The notes under the pieces: generated by a model
What the model was told of the DNA's origin: nothing
Databases searched by the model: none
The model's input: only the letters and a program-made list of their open reading frames with translations
Virus record (IMG/VR): IMGVR_UViG_3300048598_000026
Location: 1-58,403 of that record
Reading direction: 5' to 3' (one strand)
Source: a virus
Lineage: Duplodnaviria; Caudoviricetes
DNA: 58,403 nt
Made by a program: the position numbers and the translations under genes
Part shown: positions 28,011-36,098 of the stretch, piece after piece
How positions within the stretch are numbered: the first letter of the stretch is position 1
Layout: each line of letters begins with the position of its first letter

Positions 28011-29249
28011 ATGTTAATGAAATGTCCAGAATGCGAACTGCAAGTAAGCGATAAGGCACTGTCTTGTCCTCATTGTGGATTCCCGTTACAGCCGGATGTA
28101 AAACCAAGAAAACCTAGAAATAAAAATAACAAGAGAAGACGCTTACCTAATGGATTCGGACAAATAAGTGAGATAAAGAATCGCAATCTTAGAAACCCGT
28201 TTCGGGCAATGGTTACAGTCGGAAAGACACCTACCGGTAGACCCATTTGTAAACCTCTCAAACCGGAATCGTATTTCCCAACATATAACGATGCTTATAC
28301 TGCGTTAGTAGAGTATAACAAGAATCCATATGATTTAGAGCCATCAATAACGGTAAAAGAGCTTTATGAAAAGTGGACAAAAGAATACTTTAAGACTATT
28401 GGAGAATCTAGCATAAGAGGAACTGAAGATGCTTGGCGATATTGTACAGCCGTACACAATATGAGGGTGATAGATATTCGAGCCCGTCACATAAAAGGTT
28501 GTATGGAAGAGGGTAAAGCTACGATTAGAGGTAAAGAGCAAATGCCAAGTGCCTCTATGAAAAACAAAATCAAGACTCTATTCAACCAGATGCTTGACTA
28601 CGCTGTGGAATATGAGCTTGTAGACCGGAATTACTCCAGGACCTTCAATTTATCCGACGAAACCATTAAAGAGATTCAGACGGTTAAGAAGGAGCATATA
28701 GCATTTGCTGATTCGGAAATGGAGTTGCTTTGGCAGCATGTAGACAACAAGCGACTTGTTGACGTCTTGCTTATTCAATGCTATTCTGGATGGAGACCCC
28801 AAGAACTCGGTCTAATCGAACTAACTAAAGTGGATTTGGACAAGGGGTTATTCACCGGAGGTATGAAAACAGACTCCGGCACTGACAGAACTGTTCCAAT
28901 CCATTCACGCATTAAATATCTGGTAGAGAGAAAATATGAAGAGGCTCAGAAACTAGGCAGCGATTACTTGTTCAACTATATTGACGTGGACGGTAATCGA
29001 AGAAATATAAAGCTGACTTACAACCGGTATAAGAAAGTATTCGAACGAATCCGCGATGAACTTAACTTAAATCCTGAACACAGGCCTCATGATGGACGTA
29101 AGCATTTCGTCACGGCTGCTAAAAAATACGGCGTTGACGAGTACGCAATCAAATATATGGTCGGTCATAAAATTTCAGATATTACCGAGAAAGTATACAC
29201 TGACAGAGAGTTAAAGTGGCTTAAAGAGGAAATAGAAAAAATAAAATAG
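28011..29249 (+). CDS. int: Tyrosine integrase with N-terminal Zn ribbon
   Basis: YSGWRPQE, K, HDGRKHF, MVGH...TEKVY catalytic residues; N-terminal CPEC...CPHC. Confidence 0.92.
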   Translation: MLMKCPECELQVSDKALSCPHCGFPLQPDVKPRKPRNKNNKRRRLPNGFGQISEIKNRNLRNPFRAMVTVGKTPTGRPICKPLKPESYFPTYNDAYTALVEYNKNPYDLEPSITVKELYEKWTKEYFKTIGESSIRGTEDAWRYCTAVHNMRVIDIRARHIKGCMEEGKATIRGKEQMPSASMKNKIKTLFNQMLDYAVEYELVDRNYSRTFNLSDETIKEIQTVKKEHIAFADSEMELLWQHVDNKRLVDVLLIQCYSGWRPQELGLIELTKVDLDKGLFTGGMKTDSGTDRTVPIHSRIKYLVERKYEEAQKLGSDYLFNYIDVDGNRRNIKLTYNRYKKVFERIRDELNLNPEHRPHDGRKHFVTAAKKYGVDEYAIKYMVGHKISDITEKVYTDRELKWLKEEIEKIK

Positions 29250-29260
29250 GGTGTATTGTG

Positions 29261-29456
29261 TGTAGGAATAGAGGTATAGGAGTGGTGTAGGAGTAATATA
29301 CGATTTACATACATTTCCCTACATTTAACCACTCTTAGCCACTTCTGAAAATATTGATTTTGCTGGGTTTTTGGTGTTTAGGCACCAGAATCTGTTTCTA
29401 TTATAGAAACAAAAAATCCCGATATATCAGCATTTTTGTGTTGAAATGTAGGAATA
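29261..29456. other. Candidate attP
   Basis: Arm-like T(G/A)TAGGA repeats at 29261, 29275, 29286, 29447 around the inverted repeat TGTTTCTA-TTA-TAGAAACA (29393-29411). Confidence 0.6.
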
Positions 29457-29605
29457 ATCAATAAGTAATCTACACATAAACACAGCTACTCGCCGTATAC
29501 TACTGTCGAAGCAATGAATTCTCCAGAATCATTGTACCATCAGCTTGATGAACATGTACATTCTTTCTATAGGTTGAACTTCATTTACCAGAGCACCATC
29601 AATAG

Positions 29606-29950
29606 TCAAACCGCTGTTGAGTCTTTGTCAGTTAGTGTCTCGATGTATTTCGACTTTCGAATTGGTAATTTGTTAACTTCCTGCATAACACGTTTTGCAG
29701 ATCCATTAGCACCCATTTTTTCGTATGGCTTATATAAGTAATCATTAAGATTCTCATATTCGTCTTGAGTGATCCAACCACGCTCAATATGGCACATGCC
29801 AAGATATATGATTCTATCATGACCTAGCCCTATAAGCATTTCGGTTTTGACATCTTTCTTTTCAAGTTTTTTTTGTAAATATGCCCAAAAGCCCGAAGAT
29901 GCGATTACTGAGCAGACAATTGTGATGATCATTTGAATCCATGGTTCCAT
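29606..29950 (-). CDS. Holin-like membrane protein
   Basis: N-terminal TM, GLGHDRI...LYKPY..MGANG; end of late transcript. Confidence 0.6.
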   Translation of the reverse strand: MEPWIQMIITIVCSVIASSGFWAYLQKKLEKKDVKTEMLIGLGHDRIIYLGMCHIERGWITQDEYENLNDYLYKPYEKMGANGSAKRVMQEVNKLPIRKSKYIETLTDKDSTAV

Positions 29951-30000
29951 AAGCGGATACCTCCTTAAGGAATTCTTGTGGCGGTATATGAAAAGAAAAA

Positions 30001-30018
30001 GAGCCCTTGTTAGGACTC
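30001..30018 (-). terminator. Intrinsic terminator after the DGR RT, TAACAA-loop family
   Basis: Identical to 22986-23003 including flanks. Confidence 0.65.
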
Positions 30019-30024
30019 CTCTTT

Positions 30025-31209
30025 TTATAAAAGGACCAGTTTCTTATTGACAATAATAACCTTCTTATTAAACAGTTCCTCATAAAGGCATATAAGATTT
30101 TGTCTTTGTTGCCTTGATAATAGTTTGTAGAAACTACCCATCCAACCTTTAAACATATTTTCAACATTCTCATAGAGGACGTCGCCATTTTTCACTTTGA
30201 TGGCGAGTTTCTTTAGTTTTCTACGTATTGCTGTGACGCGTTCCGGATTTATTCGCTTTATGATCTTACCAGAACTGGTCAAGGTATATTTTATTTGGAG
30301 ATACTTATACGTGCCGCCGATTACCACGATTCTGGTCTTTTTCTCATTAATGTGGATCCCTAACCCCTTAGCAATTACACGAATATGATTTAAAATATCA
30401 AGTAATTCTTCTTTTGATGGGTTCATTATGTACCAATCATCCATATAACGCCCATAATATTTTTGACTTCTTACGTATTTTACATAATTGTCTATACGAT
30501 ATGGGTAATAGATACCAATTACTTGAGATAGTTGATCACCAATATTTACAGATTTTTCCATAAACTTCTTGCCTGTAAGCTCAGATTTTGGAATGAGCCT
30601 GTACTCAAGTTTGTTAAACGTATCTTCCATACAGGTAGAATACTCTTCGTCCGTCATATACGATGCATCAATTTTAAACCCATCAAATATAAGAGTAAGT
30701 AACCAGTCAATGAATTCATCATCGTCTAATAGCTTAAGTAGCTCCCTCTTGGCAATTTCGTGAATGACGTTGTCAAAGAACTTACTAAAATCACCAAACA
30801 AAATATAACCTTCATTACCATGCTCTATATAATATTTTCGGAGATGTACCTCGAAACGATTTCTCGAATGTGAGATTCCACGCCCCTTAATAGAAGCACC
30901 GTTATCGTAAATGATCTTTTTCTGAACCTCGGGAAGTAATATCTCATCACATAAAACATGACGGACTATACGATCCTTGGTTTGTAGACTTGTAATAGGC
31001 CTAACTCTACCTCGTTCAGAAAGTGAGAACTCATCAGTTGGTCCATTTTGTAGACTTCTGTTGATAAGATCTTCTTGAATGAAAAATATATACCGAAGGA
31101 AGTTCAGCATTACCTTTTGAGTTGACTCCTTCCATTTACTTCCTTTTATAGAGGCTTTGTAGGCCTTATACAAGTTATTGGCGTCGCAAAGTATCTCCTC
31201 ATAATTCAT
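30025..31209 (-). CDS. DGR reverse transcriptase
   Basis: DRIV, GDFSKFFDN, IGDQLSQ, YGRYMDD; adjacent TR and Avd. Confidence 0.95.
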   Translation of the reverse strand: MNYEEILCDANNLYKAYKASIKGSKWKESTQKVMLNFLRYIFFIQEDLINRSLQNGPTDEFSLSERGRVRPITSLQTKDRIVRHVLCDEILLPEVQKKIIYDNGASIKGRGISHSRNRFEVHLRKYYIEHGNEGYILFGDFSKFFDNVIHEIAKRELLKLLDDDEFIDWLLTLIFDGFKIDASYMTDEEYSTCMEDTFNKLEYRLIPKSELTGKKFMEKSVNIGDQLSQVIGIYYPYRIDNYVKYVRSQKYYGRYMDDWYIMNPSKEELLDILNHIRVIAKGLGIHINEKKTRIVVIGGTYKYLQIKYTLTSSGKIIKRINPERVTAIRRKLKKLAIKVKNGDVLYENVENMFKGWMGSFYKLLSRQQRQNLICLYEELFNKKVIIVNKKLVLL

Positions 31210-31318
31210 AGTTATTCACCGTTATAGCAATAGTTACCTTAGTAAATTGCGTCCGGCTTTGTCATTTATCCTTGATGGAAAGGATAGCATCTCCTTCTCT
31301 GTTGGTTAGGCAGAGAAT
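31210..31318 (-). ncRNA. DGR spacer RNA segment (3' of TR)
   Basis: Hairpins at 31295-31317, 31267-31286 and 31227-31250; segment AAAGCCGGACG at 31250-31260. Confidence 0.7.
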
Positions 31319-31400
31319 CCGGACGAACCCCATTAGAATTCGAAGCGTTGTTGGAGTTCGCATTGCCATTGTTGTTCACATTAGCGAAATTAGCTGCAGA
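31319..31400 (-). repeat. DGR template repeat (TR)
   Basis: 11 AAY codons; matches VR1 and VR2 except at adenines. Confidence 0.97.
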
Positions 31401-31408
31401 TTTAGATG

Positions 31409-31894
31409 CTACCCCTGTAAATATAATTTGATCTTGTTGTCTCTTTGACGCCATTTCTTTATCAAACCGATTTCTCGGTTAATAGCTTTGATGTACTTTC
31501 CATAGATATTGATGTCGACTTCAAATATTTCTACGACTCGCTGTAGCTCTTTGACTAGTTGTTCGCAATTTGCTATTGCGTCGTTCTGGTAATCTCTTCG
31601 ACGCTCATATTCATGCAAAGAAGTCGGATAAAGAGTATTAGCTGCTCTCACGTTGCTTGTAAGTAGAGATGATATATGGTCAATACGATTTTTAGAGTTC
31701 TGCATCAAATATCTGTATTTTGCAAAATCTTCTTTATCATCTTTTCCATATGCATAGCGAATACGTACAAGATTGTCCAAATCTTTAACGCCGAAACTTC
31801 TTTGCATGAGTTCTGTGAGCATAGCGTGTAGCTCTATGGAATAAGTTACCGCCTCAAATTTTGATTCTTTACGGTCGCTAACTAGAACACTCAT
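31409..31894 (-). CDS. avd: DGR accessory variability determinant (Avd-like)
   Basis: Basic helical protein ...AANTLYP...RRDYQ..AI..C...E..LIKKWR immediately upstream of TR. Confidence 0.75.
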   Translation of the reverse strand: MSVLVSDRKESKFEAVTYSIELHAMLTELMQRSFGVKDLDNLVRIRYAYGKDDKEDFAKYRYLMQNSKNRIDHISSLLTSNVRAANTLYPTSLHEYERRRDYQNDAIANCEQLVKELQRVVEIFEVDINIYGKYIKAINREIGLIKKWRQRDNKIKLYLQG

Positions 31895-32034
31895 TAGTAA
31901 GCCTTGCCGGTGATTTCTTCGAATTCGGCTTCAGTAATCCAGTTCATTATAACCGCATTTCGAACCCGAGTCTCATTCCACATCTTCATGACATAATAAG
32001 TCTTTACTTTATTGTAATTATCGCTATAATTCAT
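31894..32034 (-). CDS. XkdX-family small protein (absent from the ORF track)
   Basis: MNYSDNYNKVKTYYVMKMWNETRVRNAVIMNWITEAEFEEITGKAY; TAATG coupling to avd. Confidence 0.85.
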   Translation of the reverse strand: MNYSDNYNKVKTYYVMKMWNETRVRNAVIMNWITEAEFEEITGKAY

Positions 32035-32049
32035 GGTGATCCTCCTCTC

Positions 32050-32385
32050 TTAAAGCTCTACGCCCGTCATCATTGACAGATAATCGATGTCGGACCGAAT
32101 CTTAATCTGTTTGAGTTCTTCTAAAGAAATATCACGAAGAACAAACCAGTATTCACTGTTAACTTCGGTAACCTGAACGAGCTCCATGTTGTCATGGATT
32201 TCATCATGAGTTCCATCACTGATTATGACCGGAGAGCACTTGCCGTCAAAAACTTCCGGATCGATAGGTTCTACGGAAATATAATTATTCCCATTGAGTT
32301 TAAGGTTGTTTATTTCCGTTCCGTCATTAAGAGTGATTTTATAGTTTTTTTCATCCATTTCCATTTCAACTCTCATCCCTTTCAA
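32050..32385 (-). CDS. Tail-associated hypothetical protein upstream of xkdX
   Basis: C-terminal SDIDYLSMMTGVEL; actual start may be a few codons downstream. Confidence 0.7.
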   Translation of the reverse strand: MKGMRVEMEMDEKNYKITLNDGTEINNLKLNGNNYISVEPIDPEVFDGKCSPVIISDGTHDEIHDNMELVQVTEVNSEYWFVLRDISLEELKQIKIRSDIDYLSMMTGVEL

Positions 32386-32399
32386 TTTTTTCTTTTTTT

Positions 32400-32430
32400 A
32401 TAACATATATTCCGGTAACCTGCGTACGGA
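32400..32430 (-). promoter_or_regulatory. 31-bp second-class motif, copy B (upstream of the DGR operon)
   Basis: TCCGTACGCAGGTTACCGGAATATATGTTAT. Confidence 0.55.
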
Positions 32431-32441
32431 GTTTTTAAAAT

Positions 32442-32456
32442 GGGGCACAAGGCCCC
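32442..32456 (-). other. DGR hairpin/cruciform downstream of VR1
   Basis: GGGGC-CTTGT-GCCCC 9 nt after the target stop codon. Confidence 0.7.
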
Positions 32457-32465
32457 TAGATTAAG

Positions 32466-33287
32466 CTAACCAACAGGGAATGCCGGACGAACCCCAAAAG
32501 AAAACGAAGCGTTGTTGGAGTACGCATTGCCAAAGCTGTTCACAAAAGCGAAATTAGCTGCAGAAACGACATCTCTCAACCAGATTGATTGGCGATTCTT
32601 ATACGCTCTTGGATTAAGTCTAAACAATGATAGCTGCGAATTATCAATAGTGGTCCTTGTAGGAACAACTACCCCATTACCTGCTGGAGTACGTACGTAA
32701 GATCCATATACCATAATTTCATTCATAAGCTCAACGCTGGAATCAAACCATGCAGCGGCGGAAGAAGCACCATCAGTTACAGCGTTTACGAGATATTCTC
32801 TATGAGTGAGAAGCATATCACCAAAAGCTGTTAAAATTGTGGTCTTTGCATTATCTAGATTCGCTGTATACATGAGGGAGCCTACATAACCGCCCTCGGT
32901 AGTGTTTGTGGTATTCATCACCGCATTATAAAGTGAACCGTTAGGAACAATCACTAGATGGTGTTTCGTAAATGCGGTATCGCCGCAATTATACCAGTAA
33001 TCCATATCTGCTATTACCCAAGATACACCATTGATAACCCAGTAATCCCCGATGAACAAATCGTCAAATGTTCCGGATTGAATTGCCGCTTTCTGAGCCG
33101 CAGTAATAGTGGTTCCAAGATTTTTCCCTCTGTAAACATTTCGACGATTAACCACCGAAACAAGACCTGCAAATTCGATGGCCGCATCGCTAGCAAGAAT
33201 CTTTTTAGTACCACCACTACCATCTTTAATAAGGATATCTCCGGCGGTAAATCGAGTATCGGCAGCGTAAGTAATAAGTTTTGCCAT
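32466..33287 (-). CDS. DGR target 1, probable receptor-binding tail protein with C-terminal CLec-like fold
   Basis: Ends IWLRDVV-VR1-GVRPAFPVG; in tail module. Confidence 0.88.
   Translation of the reverse strand: MAKLITYAADTRFTAGDILIKDGSGGTKKILASDAAIEFAGLVSVVNRRNVYRGKNLGTTITAAQKAAIQSGTFDDLFIGDYWVINGVSWVIADMDYWYNCGDTAFTKHHLVIVPNGSLYNAVMNTTNTTEGGYVGSLMYTANLDNAKTTILTAFGDMLLTHREYLVNAVTDGASSAAAWFDSSVELMNEIMVYGSYVRTPAGNGVVVPTRTTIDNSQLSLFRLNPRAYKNRQSIWLRDVVSAANFAFVNSFGNAYSNNASFSFGVRPAFPVG
32483..32564 (-). repeat. DGR variable repeat VR1
   Basis: 82-nt match to TR; 10 mismatches, all at TR adenines. Confidence 0.97.
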
Positions 33288-33302
33288 TTTGAATTTTCCT
33301 CC

Positions 33303-33998
33303 TTAAATAAATGTACTATCGAGCAAAGCGTGTTCGTTCAATCTCGCAATATCTTCGCTTGCTTCAGAGATCCAAGATTCGACAGAAGTTAACCTACCGG
33401 AAATCAGTAACGATGCAATGCTATTTACAAGTATCGTCAAATCAGAAATATCTTTTCGCAAATCGACGATATCCGACATATCCGCAAACAATGTTCTTCC
33501 CAGAAGACTATCATCCGTACTGTCGATAAGATCGTATCCATTGGAATCCATCAATTCTTGATATATTGCGTGATCCATCAGGTCAGACTTCATAGCCATA
33601 ACTTTTGCAACCTTGCTATCTACTTCGTCATTTGCAGTTTCAGCAGCATAAGCAGCTTGGCTAGCGATATAAGCTGATGATGATGCATTAGACGCGGATG
33701 TAGCCGCTTCAGAAGCCTTGGTAGAAGCTGTAGACGCTGATGATGCTGCATTGGACGCTGACGTAGAAGCTGCTGATGCTGAAGACGATGCCGCAGATGC
33801 TTTGGTAGAAGCTGTGGAAGCGGATTGCGATGCCGCAGAAGCAGAGTTGGTGGCTGAGTTTTGAGCCGTCGATGCCGCCGACATAGCTTCGCTCGATTCG
33901 ATATTCATCGCGTTTATAGCATCATGAATAGCCCCTCGAACTTCTTCACCATAGACAGCAGACATTATTCGGTTTAAATACATGTTAATATTCGCTAT
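33303..33998 (-). CDS. Tail fibre/adaptor protein with Ala-Ser-rich repeats
   Basis: YGEEVRGAIHDAI N-terminus, ASTASTKAS repeats; RBS spacing favours ATA at 33998 over ATG at 33983. Confidence 0.65.
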   Translation of the reverse strand: MANINMYLNRIMSAVYGEEVRGAIHDAINAMNIESSEAMSAASTAQNSATNSASAASQSASTASTKASAASSSASAASTSASNAASSASTASTKASEAATSASNASSSAYIASQAAYAAETANDEVDSKVAKVMAMKSDLMDHAIYQELMDSNGYDLIDSTDDSLLGRTLFADMSDIVDLRKDISDLTILVNSIASLLISGRLTSVESWISEASEDIARLNEHALLDSTFI

Positions 33999-34078
33999 TA
34001 GATATCACCTCCATTTGCAAACCGAGCAAAGAACTTAATCCAAATTTATCATACCTCCTTATCCTTTTTCTCTCAGAA

Positions 34079-35989
34079 TTAAACTACCTCATTCAAGCAA
34101 CTAACAAGCGCATTAAGCTGGCTTGCGTAAACAAAATCACCTCTATTTTTTACTCCCGGCAGGTTAGTTAAGTTCATATCTGCAATAGCATTTCTAGCCT
34201 GGTTAAACATCGCAGCAGTAAAATAATTACCGCTATAAGCGTTAGTAAAATTATAACTAACTAGACCTTTATAAACTCTAAATTCATTAATCCTATTTAT
34301 AAAAGTATTCCATTCGGCAGCCGTTAAGGTCGTTGCTGGGTCACCACTGTGTTTTGGCGTTGTCCAGTGAAAGTTATTTGGTCTATCAGCAACATTTGTA
34401 GTTACAAATACAACACTAGCAGAACTATTTAGAATAACTCCATTGACACTTAAATATGATACTGCACTAAATTGATATGATTTACCAGGAAGCAAATTAG
34501 TCCATACTACAGTTCTGCTGCCTGCATTATAGCTGCTTCTAGAGATATCTTTATATGAAGGTGAAATGGAATTATTGAAAGCATATATTCTTATATAATC
34601 CCAGTTACCCGTAATTCCATCCGGCACTTCAATATCTATTGTATTGTAAGTAACTGCTGGACAAGTTATTGGAGATGGGGTTTTAGGAGTTGTAGTACCT
34701 GGGTTCTCGGATGTGTATGCCGAACTAAGAGAACCACAATCACCTCTAACAGATAAACTATATGTTACACCATATTCTAAGTTTGTTAATCTATAGTATG
34801 TTTGCGCTATATTACTGACAGTATGATATATACCGTCATAGTGCTTATATCTGAGAGTGTATGCTTCAGCATACTGAGATTGTCCCCATTGTAACTCTAA
34901 TTCACCTTCTCCTCTTGAAATAATAACTGGAGCAGATATGGGAGTAAGAGGGGGAGCGATTGGTTCTGCTTGTACTAAACCAGCTCCATATTCCAACGAA
35001 CTACCTAAATATTTAGCATTAGATAGTAATTTATCGACCAATTGACTTCTTGAATACGATGGATATTTTTCCTTGATACATGCTAGATGCCCCGTAACAT
35101 AAGCCGCCGCAAATGATGTACCAGACCAATATCCATATGGATACCCAAAACTTGGAACTGTACTAATTATATTTTCCCCAGGTGCAACTAAGTCCAAGCC
35201 ACTACCATAGTTTGAGAAGCTAGATCTAACTTCGTCTGAATTAATAGATCCTACTGCCAAACAAGAATAATCAGCGCCTGGACAAGCTATTTCATTTACG
35301 GCCACAAAGTCATTCATTGTACCATTGCCCGCAATGGCAACAACTATAATCCCGGCGTTATATGCTCTACGCGTAGCATCAACAACATCCTGCTCATACT
35401 CATCCGTATAAATTGAAAAATTTATGATGTCTACGTTTTGCGATACCGCCCAATCGATGCCTGCTACAAAATCATCAACATAACCTCTACCTTCATAATC
35501 CAAAACCTTTGCAACATATAGCTTTACATCCGGCGCAACACCGACATAGCCAATACTGTTATCCTGCATAGATATAATACCAGCCACAAAGGTACCATGC
35601 TCATCATCATCGTACTGACTGGATTGTCCGCTGACATAGTCTATAAATCTGTAAGCTGTCGGTAGATCTTCATGGTGTGCCAAACCGGTATCGAGCAAAG
35701 CAACCTTAACACCGCTGCCGCTATAAGTACCCCTATAACGAGTATCAACCTTTGTTTTAACATAGCCCCAGTCCATACCTTGCCCAGCACCGGCGCCTTT
35801 TCTACATGCACGGATTTCCTTAATTATAGGTTTACTTAACAGCTCCTGGACCTGCTCCTCAGTAAGCTCCGCAGAAAGAAGCTCCGACATATTTGCATAG
35901 TCATGTCTAACTTTACCGCCGACTGCTTCAATAACGCTACTATCCGTCTGAAATTGAAATTCTACTATATATCTTTTGTAGTCACCCAT
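34079..35989 (-). CDS. Subtilisin-like (S8) serine protease with propeptide and FN3-like domains
   Basis: LLDTG, HGTFVAG, GTSFAA catalytic triad; LTNLEYGVTY and TNLLPGKSY FN3 signatures. Confidence 0.9.
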   Translation of the reverse strand: MGDYKRYIVEFQFQTDSSVIEAVGGKVRHDYANMSELLSAELTEEQVQELLSKPIIKEIRACRKGAGAGQGMDWGYVKTKVDTRYRGTYSGSGVKVALLDTGLAHHEDLPTAYRFIDYVSGQSSQYDDDEHGTFVAGIISMQDNSIGYVGVAPDVKLYVAKVLDYEGRGYVDDFVAGIDWAVSQNVDIINFSIYTDEYEQDVVDATRRAYNAGIIVVAIAGNGTMNDFVAVNEIACPGADYSCLAVGSINSDEVRSSFSNYGSGLDLVAPGENIISTVPSFGYPYGYWSGTSFAAAYVTGHLACIKEKYPSYSRSQLVDKLLSNAKYLGSSLEYGAGLVQAEPIAPPLTPISAPVIISRGEGELELQWGQSQYAEAYTLRYKHYDGIYHTVSNIAQTYYRLTNLEYGVTYSLSVRGDCGSLSSAYTSENPGTTTPKTPSPITCPAVTYNTIDIEVPDGITGNWDYIRIYAFNNSISPSYKDISRSSYNAGSRTVVWTNLLPGKSYQFSAVSYLSVNGVILNSSASVVFVTTNVADRPNNFHWTTPKHSGDPATTLTAAEWNTFINRINEFRVYKGLVSYNFTNAYSGNYFTAAMFNQARNAIADMNLTNLPGVKNRGDFVYASQLNALVSCLNEVV

Positions 35990-36098
35990 TTATCATCTTC
36001 TTTTCCTTCTTTTCTAAAATTTTTGGTTTTTTTAAAAAGTAATTGCATTTCATGTAAAATGTATGCAATAATATCTAAAAGAAAAGGGAGTTGGTATC

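Noticed and set aside
29514-30188. ORFs 29514-29741 (+) and 29862-30188 (-)
   Set aside because: They overlap the holin-like gene, RT and terminator in other frames, without RBS support
30025-31209. RT as group II intron, retron or Abi RT
   Set aside because: Adjacent Avd-like gene and TR with adenine-specific VR pairs identify a DGR; no maturase or endonuclease extension
31266-31454. 62-aa Asn-rich ORF
   Set aside because: It is the translation of the template repeat, with no clear RBS
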